Translations under genes and position numbers: made by a program
In this document: piece by piece, positions 21,924 to 36,400 of the stretch
How the letters are laid out: each line of letters begins with the position of its first letter
Position numbering within the stretch: the stretch's first letter is position 1
Assembly (NCBI RefSeq): GCF_001194135.2
Contig: NC_068981.1
Coordinates: forward strand, 159,677,188 to 159,741,187
From: Octopus bimaculoides
Taxonomy: Eukaryota
DNA length: 64,000 nt
Reading direction: 5' to 3'
Notes under the pieces: generated by a model
What the model saw: the letters and a program-made list of their open reading frames with translations, nothing else
Databases searched by the model: none
What the model was told of the DNA's origin: nothing

Positions 21924-24900
21924 CACACACATACATATTTACATACATACATCTGGATGTACATGTGATTAGTGTCTCATTTACATCCTGGTAACTTATC
22001 AGTTCAGCAAAAGAGAGACTGATAGAATAACTGTCAGATATAAAAAATATTTTCTGGAGTCAATTTTGTGTACTACAACCTTTCAATTTGGTGCACAGCA
22101 AAGTCACAGCCCAAAGGCTAAAACAAATAAAAGATTATAAGAATAAAAGAAGAATACTAACCTCATCATCCAAGTTATGTACAGGATAAAGATTAGGGTA
22201 TACTTTTTGTAACAAATAACACATTGGAAGTGTCTTGCACTGCTCCATAGCACACACTCGTTCATCAAGGCTGACATGTGAACTCCGGAATGCCTTCTGC
22301 AAGAAAATAATTACATACAAATGTAGGATTAAGCACCGACAAAATGAAAATGTAAACAGTTAAATCAATTTATTTACATTCTTAAATCATGAAGAACAAG
22401 AGCACTCAGAGAGTGCAAATCTCTGCCAAGGCAACACCAAAGTGCTCTCAACAATTAGAAAGAGGTGATTTTTAAAATGAGAATATCTGAAATAAACTCG
22501 ACTGCTCTCACAAACAAAAATGAACCTGACCGCTCTCAAAAATTAAGTAAAAACACCGGAAAAATTATCCAGAATCCTTGTCCGGTACCTAATTGATCCC
22601 AATGGTAGTCATGAAATGTGAAGGTGGCTGTAGAAAATTTAGTAACAGTAATAAATAGTTTATCCTTATCTAATACAAGCCAAAGTTGTCGAATTCACCA
22701 TTCAAAATAGCTACAGCTTAAAGGGAGATAATTGAGAAAGACTTGAAAGTTAACGTAAGATCGTAATCATGTTAAGTAAATATAACAAATAATCCAGAAT
22801 CCTTGTCCGGTGCTGGATCGATCCCAAAATCGAATCAGTTCATGCCAGTCATGAGGCCAAACATCGCTGAAAGTTTCATCTGAATCCATCCAGCAGTTCT
22901 TGAAATATCTTGTCTACGGTCAAACAAACACGACTAAAAGCAATACCTCTGCCTTCGCTAAGGCGGAAGGAATAAAATATCTTTACATCTAATGGTTGTC
23001 ATATTGTAAAATTGGCTAGATGACATTCTTTTCTACTCTAGGCATAAGGCCCAAAATTTTTGGGCCTTGTGCCTAGATTAGATTGACCTCAGTACACAAC
23101 TGGTACTTAATTTATTGACCTTGAAAGAATGAAAGGCAAAGTCAGCCTCAGCAGAATTTGAACTCAGAACGTAAAGGCAGACGAAATACCACTAAGCATT
23201 TCGCCCACCATGCTAACATTTCTACCAGCTTGCCGCCTTATTGGCTAGACGACATTAAGAAACATATGCATCGTCTTATTTCAATAAGAATTTTTCTTTT
23301 TTATATGAAACAAGAGATGTTATTTATCAATATAGAAAGATGCTGTTTATACATATTTTTATAAAAAATAATTTATTCATTCATTTCTCTAAAAAAATTT
23401 TTTTATAACTCTTACTTTAGTTGCAATTTCAAAGAATTTAAATCACTTACACTTTTTAGTAAACTCAACACATACAATGGTAACAGACGCAAAGAATAAG
23501 GACAAAGCAAGTTTCCTATTCTGCTGGCAGATGACTGTGATGATGCATATGAAGAAAGGGCATCCACCGCAGCAATGATGAGAGCATCTTGTGCATCTCC
23601 CAGGGAGCTACTCAGGGTACGGTCCACAGCTGAAAGTACAGGTTTAAAAATGACATACATGAAACATCACAGAAGGAACATGAATAGGGATAAATTTGTT
23701 TATTGGTCTCGTAAATGTGTATGTGGCTGTGTGCATCTCACTCTCTCTCTCTGTATGTATATATATATATAATTAGACAAAATGAGATAACAAAACCTAG
23801 GCTGTGAGGAGTTTTCAGGATATTTATAAGGAAAAAGATATAGATATGGTCTTACAGCTGTTTCTAGGATATTATGGATATCCCTTCATCAGAGACAATG
23901 TGAGATGGTTAAATAGAGGTAAATATTTGAGCTTGAAATAAGGAATTAGGAGGAGATAGGGAATATAGAAGGAAATAAGAGAATGAAAGTAGAAATAAAA
24001 TATAAAATATTGTAGTTGCAGTTCCATTATTCAAACTGCATATATAATCATCAATACAAAACTTACCCATCTTGGCAAGAAGAGCTGCAATGGCTTGCTG
24101 GTCAGCTCCTGCATGGACTGCACTCAGTTCAGTAGTTACTGGCAAACACAGCGTATGAACTCTTATTCGTCGTTCCCCTTTAAAAAAAAAAAAAGGCAAA
24201 AATAATGTATATCCAGGACAAAAATTAAGATATGTAATTAGAAATCAGCAAAACAACAAGTGTAGTTGTGTGGCAAGATGTTTGCTTCCCAACCACATAG
24301 TTCCTGCTTCAGTCCCACTGCGTGGCATCTTGGGCAAGTGTCTTCTTCTATAGCCTCAGGCCGATCAAAACTTTGTTAGTGAATTTGGTAGAGAGAAACT
24401 GAAAAAAGTCCATTGTGTGTGTGTATATATATTTATGTTTGTGCTTGTGTTTTTCCACCACCACCACCACCACTTGACAACTGGTATTGGTGTATTTACA
24501 TCCCTGTAAACTAGCAGTTCAGCAAAAGTGACTAATAGAATAAGTACCAGGTTTTATAAAAATGGCCTGGGGTTGATTTGTTCAACTAAAACTCTTCAAG
24601 GCAGTGCCCCAGCAAGGCCACAGTCAAATGACTGAAACAAGTAAACGATAAAAGATCGAAAGAAGTTTAAGCTATAGTCAAATGCATATTCAGAAATTGA
24701 ATAATGAAGGAAAATATTTACCTTTGCTTGATGTATATAAAAGGGCAGCTTGAAAACAAGCAGTATTGCTTTCATTTAAAGATTCCTCAATGGACATCTG
24801 CATTCCAAACCCAGCATCAGGATTGATATTTGGTAGTGAAAGAAGATCTGTTGAGCGAACGAAGAAGTTTCCATGGAAAGTATGGATACTGAGACCTGAA

Positions 24901-25299
24901 AATGAAAAGGCAAAAAATTTTTATAAACATTATCAAAAGACTAATTTTAATTCGAGCAGCAAATCTAAATTTTTTTTTTTATTTTTTAAATATGCATCTA
25001 TTATAAAATACTTTTCTTAAATAGCTAAGATATGCAAAATACATTTAACCCTCTTGGGATACCCAGGCCAATTGATTGGCCCAAGTGATACAAGCTGAAA
25101 GGACTTTGAAGTCAATCCATCGGCCCGATGAAACAAATGTTGTGAATGGTGGTTTTGAAGTACAGTAACCAATCAGAGATTGTCTTTCAGTACATTTTTG
25201 TTTTGTTTTTTCACAGAAACATTTAGACTTATTATTCCATATATTTACATGTATTGTGTTGTTTTAGGTTTTCTTTTTGTGATAGACGTATAAGCTTTC

Positions 25300-25338
<39 letters not shown>

Positions 25339-28250
25339 CTTTACATACTAATAAAGTAGTTTTAGGCACTTTATCCTTTGTTTTCCACATGCACCCATCA
25401 ATCCCAACAGAAGAAAATTTTAGTCTTCTTGGCTACACAAACCAAAACACTGCATGTCTCAAAAAGATTAAAATATATTTTTTAAAATTAAAATTTGAAA
25501 GAGAAAACTGCCTTTAACTTACCTCTAGTGCAACGGATTCTCATCACAGCCTCAAAGCCTATTTTGCGGTAAAGGTAACGTGCAAAATCAGACTCAAATT
25601 TATCAGTCAAAGAAGGATTTCTAACAGAATGGAATGATGGGTAATGGTACACACAGCCACCTGAATATTTGGATGCACAGGCTGCAAATAAAACAAACAA
25701 TTGTGTTTAAATAGAGTGTATAACAATACAAATTCCTAACAATTTTATACATATTATTATCACCTTCATTATTATTATTTGATGAAAACTCTTAGCTTAT
25801 TTTGCTGGGGATGATCAAAAAGAGTCAGCTAACCACAGCCAGCAGACAAAGGTGACATTTGTTTACTGATCATGCTTCAAGAACCCTGCAGAGAACACTT
25901 GCAGTTCCAAGCAATGATGATTTTTGTAGGTGTTCTATCCTTTACATTTGTACCAATCTTTTTGAGCCATGTTGTTAATTGAGTGCAGCTACTTCCAATG
26001 TTATTATGATTATTCATCATCATCATCATCATCATCATTTAACATTCGTTGTCCATGCTGGCATGGGTTGGACAGTTTGACTGGGCTGGCAACTGGAAGG
26101 CTGCACCAAACTCCAGTCTGATTTGGCATGGTTTTCTACAGCTGGATGCCCTTCCTAACACCAACCACTCCAAGAGTGTAATGAGTACTTTTATGTGCCA
26201 CCGGCACGGATGCCATTTGCGTAACACTGGGGTGCATTTATGTGCACTGGTATGGGCACCAATTTGTGTGACACCGGTATCTGCCACGACTGTAATTTTG
26301 CTTGGCTTGATGGGTCTTCTTCTCAAGCACGACATAATGCCAAAGGTCTTGGTCACTGCCTCCATGAAGCCCATTGCCCGAAAGGAACTCCATCACTTTG
26401 CCTCTGTCAGGCCCAACACTTGAGAGGAACTCAGCCACTCTGCCTCCGTGAGGCCCAAAGTTTATAAGATGCTCTTTACATACCACCAGCACAGGTGCAA
26501 TTGGCTTGACGGGTCCTCTCAAGCACACTACATCGCCAAAGGTATCAGTCACCAGTCATTGTCTCTGTGAGTTCCAAAGTTTGAAGATCGTGCTTCACCA
26601 ACTAATCCCATGTCTTCCTGGGTCAACCTCCACCACAGTTAGAGGTCGGCACTTCTTTACATAGCTATCCATGTCTATATGCATCACATGACTATACCAG
26701 CACAATCATCTCTCTTGCACATCTGTCCTCAGCTGTCATAGCCCATGTTTCACTGCCATGAAACATAGCTGTTCACACACAGACATCAAACAATCTGCCT
26801 TTCACTCTGAGAGAGAGGCCTTTTGTTGCCAGCAGGGGTAGGAGCTCTCTGAACTTTTCCCAACCTAATCTTATTTTCACAGTTATGCTCTCGGAGCATC
26901 CACCTCCACTACTAACTTGGTCACCTAGATAACAGAAGCTATCTACCTCAAGCTTGCCCACCTGGCAGTTGATAGAGTCTATTTTCTGTACATTTTCAGC
27001 GTTTATTGTACCTGTGCACCTATCACATACAAAAGTTAGTTTCCCTGTTAACCTTCCTCTGATGTTGCTGCACCTTTTATGTGTCCATAGCTTACACTGG
27101 GTGCATCTTAGGGAGTTTCTATGCCTTTTCTACAGATTGAGCAGGTCCATCTACCTGAAGGGATTTGTGATTTGTCTGCCTTCCTATTTACTATGACTAT
27201 GGTTTTTCTAGGTTAACTCTAAGGCCCTTACCTCTTGGATACAACATACATCAACATGCTTCCATTCAAGTATTATTATTACTATTATTATTATTATTAT
27301 TATTATTATTAAACAAATGTGGGGAAAAAAAACATACTAAGTAAGAAATTGAAAATATACTCACCAACAGTGGCAATGTCAGCATACTGAGTATTTAACA
27401 TGAATAAATCAATAGCAACTTGTTGAGCAGAACAGTCCAAGGCAAGCTTTTTGTAAAAATCTGTTGCTGGGCCAAGATTTGGAATATTCTAAAATGCATT
27501 AAAACAAATAGCAGTTAATACAACTATCAAATATGATAAAATAATGCTTTCTTACAGTGGTATAAGACAACACATTTATAAAGAAGAACTGATTGATCTG
27601 AACCCAAGTACATTACTGGCACTCAAATAGAGGAAAGGCAAAGTTAATCCAGACTGGATTACAGAGACATAAACAAACACCACAAAATATTTTATCCAAT
27701 GAACTACCAAATCTACAATTTAATGATTTGATCAAATAAGAAAGAAACGATGATTTCAAATTTTAGCACAAGACCAGGAATTTTATGGAAAGGGTTTAGT
27801 TGAATACATTGACCGGTACTTTATTTTACTGACTCCAAAAGAACAAAAGGCAAGATTGATCTCAATGAAATTTGAATTCAGATCATAATGAGCCAGAAAA
27901 AATGCCAGTAAGCATTTTGTCCAATTTGTTAACAATTCCACCAGCTTACCACCTTTGAAAGAAATAACAAAACATGTTAAAGAAAACCAAAGTGACATTC
28001 TATTATCGTATTTGATGAGAATTTACATCCAAAAAAAGGTCAAACAAAGAAATTAAGCTCATACAGCAAGAACAAAATAGAGAATATATTAAAGTTAGTT
28101 ACATGTTTAGTTCTCTAATTAATTAAATGCTTTTCTACAGAGTTATTTCAACAAACTACTAGTTGTTAACATAGTGAATTAAAATATTAATTGAAGTAAC
28201 CCCACCTTAATTTTCTACTCTAAAAGGTGTGAGGAAATATTAATTACAAG

Positions 28251-28292
<42 letters not shown>

Positions 28293-31200
28293 CAAACGCA
28301 CTCATCCATTGGATGATTTAAGTTGCTTTGGTGGTATTTTTTTCACCAAATAATTGAACTACCTAGAAGGTTTATGAGTAGCACACCAATCTATGTTTCC
28401 GATTAACCTAGGAACGGAAAATGAAATTGAAGGCTGGTTATTGTGGAGATCATTGCAATTAAATGATCATAAAACATTTAAGTTTGCAAGCGATGCAAAG
28501 TAGAGCTACTGAAATGTTTTGGCAGTAGATTACGGATAATGACTACAAAAATATAGCTGTTTAACATGAAAGAGAAATTTCTTGTCAGAAACAGCCACAT
28601 AAATGGTGTAAGAAAATTGAAGGAAGACATTAAAACTTCCCCTCTGTGAGTTTATTTTATTCAACAGCAAAGAGAGCTATTTTTATTCGGAGAGATAAGC
28701 TAACAAAAGCCCCTTTATTCTGTCTTCCCACATAGCCTGCACATAAACTAACAGTAAATGCTGCATAAAGTTAAATTGGTATGGAGCTTTCTGAAAGATA
28801 TGTATAGATTTCGCTAGTGGAAGCAAAACTCTTATTTAAAGGTTGGTTCTTTGGGATGAATCATATGTGATTGTTTAAAAAGGGCTAGAAAGGCAATGAT
28901 AAAACGTATTTGAAACAATAGACAACAGTCAAAATATCATAATGGATAGGTAAACAAGCATCCTTAAAGTTTATCAAAGGTAAACAAAACAATCAACAAA
29001 TATGAGAGGGAAGGAAATATCACCTTTCAAGTAACTCAGAATAGGTAAAGGTGAGCTTGCCAAAGATTAATGCAGTTTAAATATGTAGATTAAGATAGTC
29101 TTGTATTGGATATTCATCATGTACAGTGTTCGTAATCAACTGAATCACCATCGTAGGTGGATAGTGGAAATAAATAGACAATATCCTTTCACTTTTATAA
29201 AAAGATTAAAAAAGTACAATTACATGGGAGCTCTGGGTAAAATGTTATTGTTGCATGACCATCATTAGGACATAAGTAATGTGTGCGTAAAGTTTGGTGA
29301 AAATCAGTTGAGAATTGTGATAATGTATGTGTTAGTCATTATACACACACATACTGCGATTTATATATACTAGATGATAATATCAATTGAAAGAAAACCA
29401 ATTTTTCCAGTATAGAAATTAATACTTATTCATGTATTGATTACTTTTTGCTTAGTGAAATTAATTTCAATCAAGAAGTAAAATAAGTAATAGAATATAA
29501 AAAGAACCAGAACATTCATTTGAAACAGACTAAAGTAGATTTTAAATAAAATGAAAGTAATAGACATTAAAGAAAATAGGCAAACAGTTGATAAAGAGTA
29601 GAAGTGTTGTATTCTATGAAGATGAAATGTACAATGAAAAAGGAATCCACACATTATTTTTGTATTTAAAAAATTGGAAATAGCTGATTTTTTAAATTTA
29701 ACATTCCGTAACTTGTAAGTGTGAATAAAGAAAAGATAGCAGATAAGTAATTTGTATCTCAGTGAAGTGTGTTAAATGTAAGTGAGACAGAATATAAATT
29801 GTGTGATGTGTAAAAGAAAGAGAATACAAGTGTCTGAGAGCATAATAGTTTGAAAAATAAATTACAATGTTAATTAGAGAAAATTAAAAGACGCAGTGAA
29901 GGTATTAATAACAAAAGTTTTGATGAACCATTTCATATTTAACATGTAAAGCAAGTTAAATATGAAAAGAACAAAGAAAATTTTTGAAAAACTTCAAAAA
30001 AAAAAAAAAAAGAAATGGCAACAAAGAGGTTAAAATAATTAATGATAAAACAGCAGTTAAATACTCAGCTGTTGTAATATAACTGTTAATGTTAATATGA
30101 AAGAAAAGCTAAGAGAAAGGCAAACAACTAGTTTAACTATTTAAATAATAGAAAAGAGGCCATATGTAATAGGATTGAAACTTCAATATCTTAGAACTAA
30201 TAGAGAATTGAAATAAACACTATAAGTAAATACAATAATAAAATGAAGGTCAAAATACTTGATAAGGAAAAAAATTATTAGACTTTGTATACATCTGTCC
30301 TTACTTTACACTGACCTGGGATAACATGGTATGCTCACTGTAAACCATGTTGTTACACTTATCATGAATAGGTCTGTGATAACACAAGTTGGTGATCAAA
30401 GATTCTGCTTGGACCACAAAAATATCGCTCAGCAACCATCCACAATGCTCAGAACAACTTGGGATCTTGGAACAAAACCTATTTTTCCCATATGATGTAT
30501 TATTCATTTAACAGTATTTTTTGTTACAAAACACTAATGAGAAATGCAGACAGATATACCTAGAAATGTTCCAGGTTATCATATTTTAATTTTCATGTAT
30601 GATGATATGAAATTGAAAAAGTGTAGACATACAATAAATTCCCTACGTCAACAGCATTGACTCAAAAAAGCTTTTATTTCTCCATTTCATTCTAAAATCA
30701 AAATTGTTTGCTACATCCACTTTTTGTAATTTCTTAACTCTCCTCTCCCTTCATCAGTCTACATGTTGAAAATGCTCAACAAGTATTTCCAAAAATGCTT
30801 ATCTAACTTATTTCAATCAAATGAAATCTCATTTAATGTCTGCTTTACCATCATTTAACATCTGCTTTCCATATTGGCATGGGTTGATGGCTTGACAGGA
30901 GCTAGTGAACCTGAGGACTGCACCTAACTTAAATGTCTGCTTTGACATGATTTCTATAATTGGATACCATTCCTAATACCAACAACTTTATAATGTACTG
31001 GATGCTTTTTACATGGCACTGGCACTAGTCAAGAGAGCAGAGTGTTAAGCAAAGGAGATTTGGCTGCTATTTCTAGCATATCAAGCAACCATGCATTGGC
31101 TCTCTTTTTGGCTCGAGTAAAAGTATGCACATATTTGTCAACAACTTGCTGTCCTGTTGCCACCAGCTAGAACTTTTACATGTTATACACTTCTATCTCT

Positions 31201-33415
31201 TTTCTAATCTAATTATGTAGTAATATTATCTAATTTATATTGCCATGCTTCTCATAAAAACCATTGAATATTCAATCTGAAAATTATAACAACATACCTT
31301 GTTTGATTTAGAAATGTCTTCTCTAACTTGAAGTGCTCCTGGTCCTGCTGAAGGCAAGCATGTTTGAAACACAGTTATTCTTCCTCCAGTTGGACTAAGA
31401 AGTTTATATGAAGCTTCTAAAGTGGCTCCTAGTGCATTTCCGGTTTCCATGTTGTTTTCAAAAAGCTGAGGAAGTTGTTGCAACAGGTCTTGCACAAGGT
31501 CATGGCTTTCATGTAAATTCACTAGCAAACTGTCAGGTAATGGAAGGAAAATATCTACAAAAAAAGTCAAAATAGTCAATTATAACCTTTAAGACAGTTT
31601 CATTTACATCGAAGTTTCTCAAGCATTTTTTACCAATGGGTCCCCTTGATTCCTATTTTACTTGGATGGACCCTCCTAACCATTTGATGTGTTTATCAAA
31701 TCATATTACAATATATTATTAGGAATTATTCTTTTACTTGTTTCAGCCATGCGGCTGCAGTCATGTTGGAGCACAAAAAATTTTTTTTAATATTTTGCAA
31801 AGTTGTAAAAGCATAACCAATTTAATGCAGATAAATTCCAACAGCAAAATTTTACATGGACCTCCAAGAGCCATACAGATACTAGTTGAGACCCAATAAT
31901 ACAAGTTGTAAAATTTTTTTAACAAGTACATTTTGTCAATCAGAAATATCTTTATTATGTTAAATGAACTTATATTTTCTTCCTGATGAAAAATTTTCTA
32001 ATTTTAACTTAGTGGAAAGGATGTAGATATTTGAAATACTGATGAACTTAAGACTTGAGTAATTAAGTTAAAACTGTTCATCATAGTTTGAACTATGACC
32101 AACCAAGATTTCAAATCTCAACCCACTTCTAAAGACAAATTGGGAATGTTATCCATTTTCCAACTAGATTTACTGAAGCATGTAGACTAACATAATTTGT
32201 TTAAAAGGACAAAACAATGCTTATTTCGCCCTTTCATTATCATATTTCTGTTGAAACACACTGCTCTGATTCAATTAATTTTAGAAATAAGAAAAAATTT
32301 AGTAAAACACATGTTGTTTTTAGTCTGGTGTTTAGAACAAAATTGCCATAGAATTTTGAGAAAAGGCTTTAGTTTAGATCACTTTTAAACAAGAAGTTTG
32401 TATCATAAAATCAGGGGCAGTCTCAGGTGGGTTGGTATCAAAAGGGTTAAACTTCTAAAAGGCAGAAACTATGAAGTGCCAGTTATAATGTTTTCAATAT
32501 CTCTCTGTTCTGAGTTCAATTTAAATCTTTTAAGGGTCAACTCTGCATCCATGTGTCCTATCAATAAAATACCAGTCATGTATTAGGGTCGGTTCAACCA
32601 AATTACCTCCATATAACATAACTTCATGAGCTTTCTGTGACAAATAAGAATTCAATATTTCATGATGATGATGGTGCTAACATCTTAATATTTCAAACAA
32701 TACATTCAAGATGAAATAAGATATATTCAGATGGATGTAGCATGTGATTGCTACAACTAGTAACAAATTCTGCACAAATGATCCTATGATTTAAATGGTC
32801 TCTATATTAGTAACAAATCAACTATAAAAGAATCACAACTCATACTAGGAGTGCCAATCTGACTTGCTTTTACTTATAGTAGTTGCAGGTGGGAAGAGTC
32901 ACAGATTTGGGTGCAATCTCTGTCGGAACAATATGAGAAATAGGTCAAGAAGAAAGACAGTTTGAAAAAAAGACTACTTTCTATTTCTTCACTGAGAGGC
33001 ATCAGCACTTAAGACAGATGTAAAGAGATAATGTAAAGTAAGTATTGCAGCATGAATGATAGCCTGGTAAAGGCAAGAAGAACAAGAAGATTGTTCATAT
33101 CAAACAATGTCATATAAGAATAACATAGAACAGTGTTCTGCAACCTTTTTTTCACTTGCGGTACACTTATATTTTTTTTCAAAATTCAGCAGCACACCTG
33201 AACTAAAAATATAACTAAAAGTATTCTTTTACTCTTTTTTATTTGTTTCAGTCATTTGACTGTGGCCATGCTGGAGTCGAGCAAATTGACCCCAGGACTT
33301 ATTCTTTGTAAGCCTAGTACTTATTCTATCGGTCTCTTTTTGCCAAACTGCTAAGTTACGGGGACGTAAACACACCAGCATCAGCTGTCAAGCGATGGTG
33401 GGGGGACAAACACAA

Positions 33416-33452
<37 letters not shown>

Positions 33453-36400
33453 TATATATATATATATACGACAGGCCTCTTTCAGTTTCCGTCTACCAAA
33501 TCCACTCACAAGGCTTTGGTCGGCCTGAGGCTATAGTAGAAGACACTTGCCCAAGATGCCACGCAGTGGGACTGAACCTGGGACCATGTGGTTGGTAAGC
33601 AAGCTACTTACCACATAGCCACTCCTACGCCTATGTATAGTGAAAAAAATTATATTCAGGTTACACTGCTGCACACCTAGCATCATCTCGTGGCTCACCA
33701 GTGTGGAGCAATGATATGGAATGCATTAAGAGGTTAACTGTAAAACCACAGAATCTAGAATAAAAATTAGCAACATGTAAACTTACCATCTATGTCAGAG
33801 ACAGTCAGCATTTGAGGCTGAGACAGACCTTCAGCTAAATTGAAAAAATGGATTGCTCTATCAAAAGCTATAAAACCTATCTGTGTACGTGAATCACCAG
33901 GCAATTTTTCTAGTTCTGCCAGCAAGGTTTTACATACAACTGTGAGATAACCTGAAAAATATAAATAAGATATTTAGAAAATTTCATTTGTGATTTTCAA
34001 AATGATTTTACCAATTACAAAAATATTTATCATGTATGAAACATTAGTTAAAAGAACAATTTATTTCAATTGTAACCTTTAAAACAAATGTTCACTGTAT
34101 TCCTCCCAAATACTGAAGAGAGTCAAATTGCAGTAGAAACCTAATTCCTTCTCAATGATCTCAAAATTTTGTTTTAAAATTAAATCAAAAATTAAACTAA
34201 ATCTTCATATCCTAAATAAAAACCACTATAATAACTAAGAGAGCAGGAATAATGTCAATTTAAATTCTTTGAATCACCTCCATTCTGTTAGGCAATGATA
34301 CTGGAATAGCTCACATGTGATTGCTACAAATTGACACTTTTACATGAACTATTTAAATAAGGTTTTTCACAAAGGATTCTTTCCAGTCTCATTCAAGACA
34401 GTAATTGCTTCTAAGGTAAGTCAGATGAAGTGTTTTGCTTCAGAATAAACAGCAACCTATGTGAGAACATTGTTGGAGCTAACAAATTAAGAGCTAAAAA
34501 CTGAGGTAGATTTTCTACGGTTGGATGCCTTTCCTGCTGCCAACCTTCCATTATACACTAAGCATAATAGCTTTTTACCACTACAAGTAGTGTTATATTA
34601 TTGAAGGGTTTCACATTGATGCTAAAGTTTACATTTACTACTGAGTGCTGAATGCTGCAGTACTAATGTACCTATCTATTCCAATTATTTGTAGTAAGAG
34701 ATGTAATAAAGATATGAGTGAAAGTCACAATGAGAAGAGAAATCAATTAAGTAAATAGTCTCATACACACCAGTTTCTATTGCATTATATGTTACATCCA
34801 AAACAAAGAGGTACACAGCTGGCTGAGGAGGTCGCAACTGGAAATATAGAAAATGAGTGAATGGATGAAAGACAAATTCAAGAAATTCATGACAAAATTC
34901 AAGAATGAACTATTACACTACATTCACAGAAATAAGCCTCTTGTCAGTAGATTTGAAAGAATGATTAAATCTACTGAATCTTTACTTCAATACATTGCAT
35001 ATACTATCAAAATAAAACTAATGTTCAAAGAATCATTTCTTTCTTTGTAAATAAAAGCTTTTGAATCTAGAATAGCTAAAAGTTCTGTTGTTTGTACTGC
35101 ACAATAGGTATATTTCGAAGTGCATAGTTACTGAATATTGTAAGAATATTTGAAAAACTAATAAGCAATACTACAATTTTTCAAGACCCAAATTACCAAT
35201 ATCAAAGCCTGCATATATAACACTATAAATATGGAACAAAATCAAAGACAACATTTATCATATACAGAGCATTTATATTATTTATAAAACAACTGACTGA
35301 TGAACAAATACATTGATCACTGTCATTCTCATTTAATGTCTACTTTTTCAATGGGTCAGACAACGTTTCTTGAGGCAGATTTTCTATGGATGGATGCCTT
35401 CCCTGTCAACAACCCTCACCTGTTTCCAAACAACGACATATTTCCCATAGCCAGACTTGTTTCTCACAGGAGACTAAAAAACAAAGAGCATCACTTGTGT
35501 GATGGTGATGCTCATTTACAACTATTATGGTTGAGAAGTAAGCTTCTTAACCACACAGCCATTCTTGTGCATGCATGCATACATGCATACATACATACAT
35601 ACATTTATATATAAGAATCTATAGCTCAGTGGAGCAGCTCTGTACTTTATTCACTGGGATATTGAAATAAAAGATTCATTTTGCAAAAATAAAAATGTTA
35701 AAATATAACCAATGGTTTAAATTAAAGATAAATTTACTCAATTTCATTTAAAACTATTTTTCAGTTGGAGCAAAAATATTCAGCCTTCAGTAGGCCACGT
35801 AACATGAATATTATAATAGCAAATTATTATTCAGAAAATTTTTTTTTCAAAGACGCACCATGTATTCAGAAGGTGCAATGAACTCAATTGTAGAAGATCT
35901 CACTTCAGGTCTGCGTTGTGGATCTCCATATGTTCTTGATACGGGATCGAAAGAAAATTCTTCTGGTACTGTAAAGAATTTTGAAAATAAGGGTTATGAA
36001 ATTTGACTGTAAACTTCTTCAACATATAGATTATAAAAACAATTCATTAAAAAGAAAAAGAATCAATATAGCAACTACATCACAATTATTTCATACAATT
36101 GAAACATTACACAGAAGAAATGTCAGGTTATACTAACAAAATAAAGTAAATAAATACTAAATTAACCTCGGGTTAAAAAAGATTAATTAAACCTCATACA
36201 AATAAACAAAATTGATTGTGTTATGATCAGAAACATAAAAGTGTAAAGTTCTTTATTCTTTGTAAACATTTCAAAACAAAATTTCATTTTAATGAACAGT
36301 GCTAAATAAAGCTTCAATATTTACACGTATTTCTAAAAGTCATTGAAAATTATTATACATAACCTAACCAGATAGAAAAAGGAGAAAACAAACCTAGTAT

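Noticed and set aside
28290-29210. Possible LINE remnant after the (TA)n run
   Set aside because: It looks coding-like, but I could not recover a diagnostic motif by hand.
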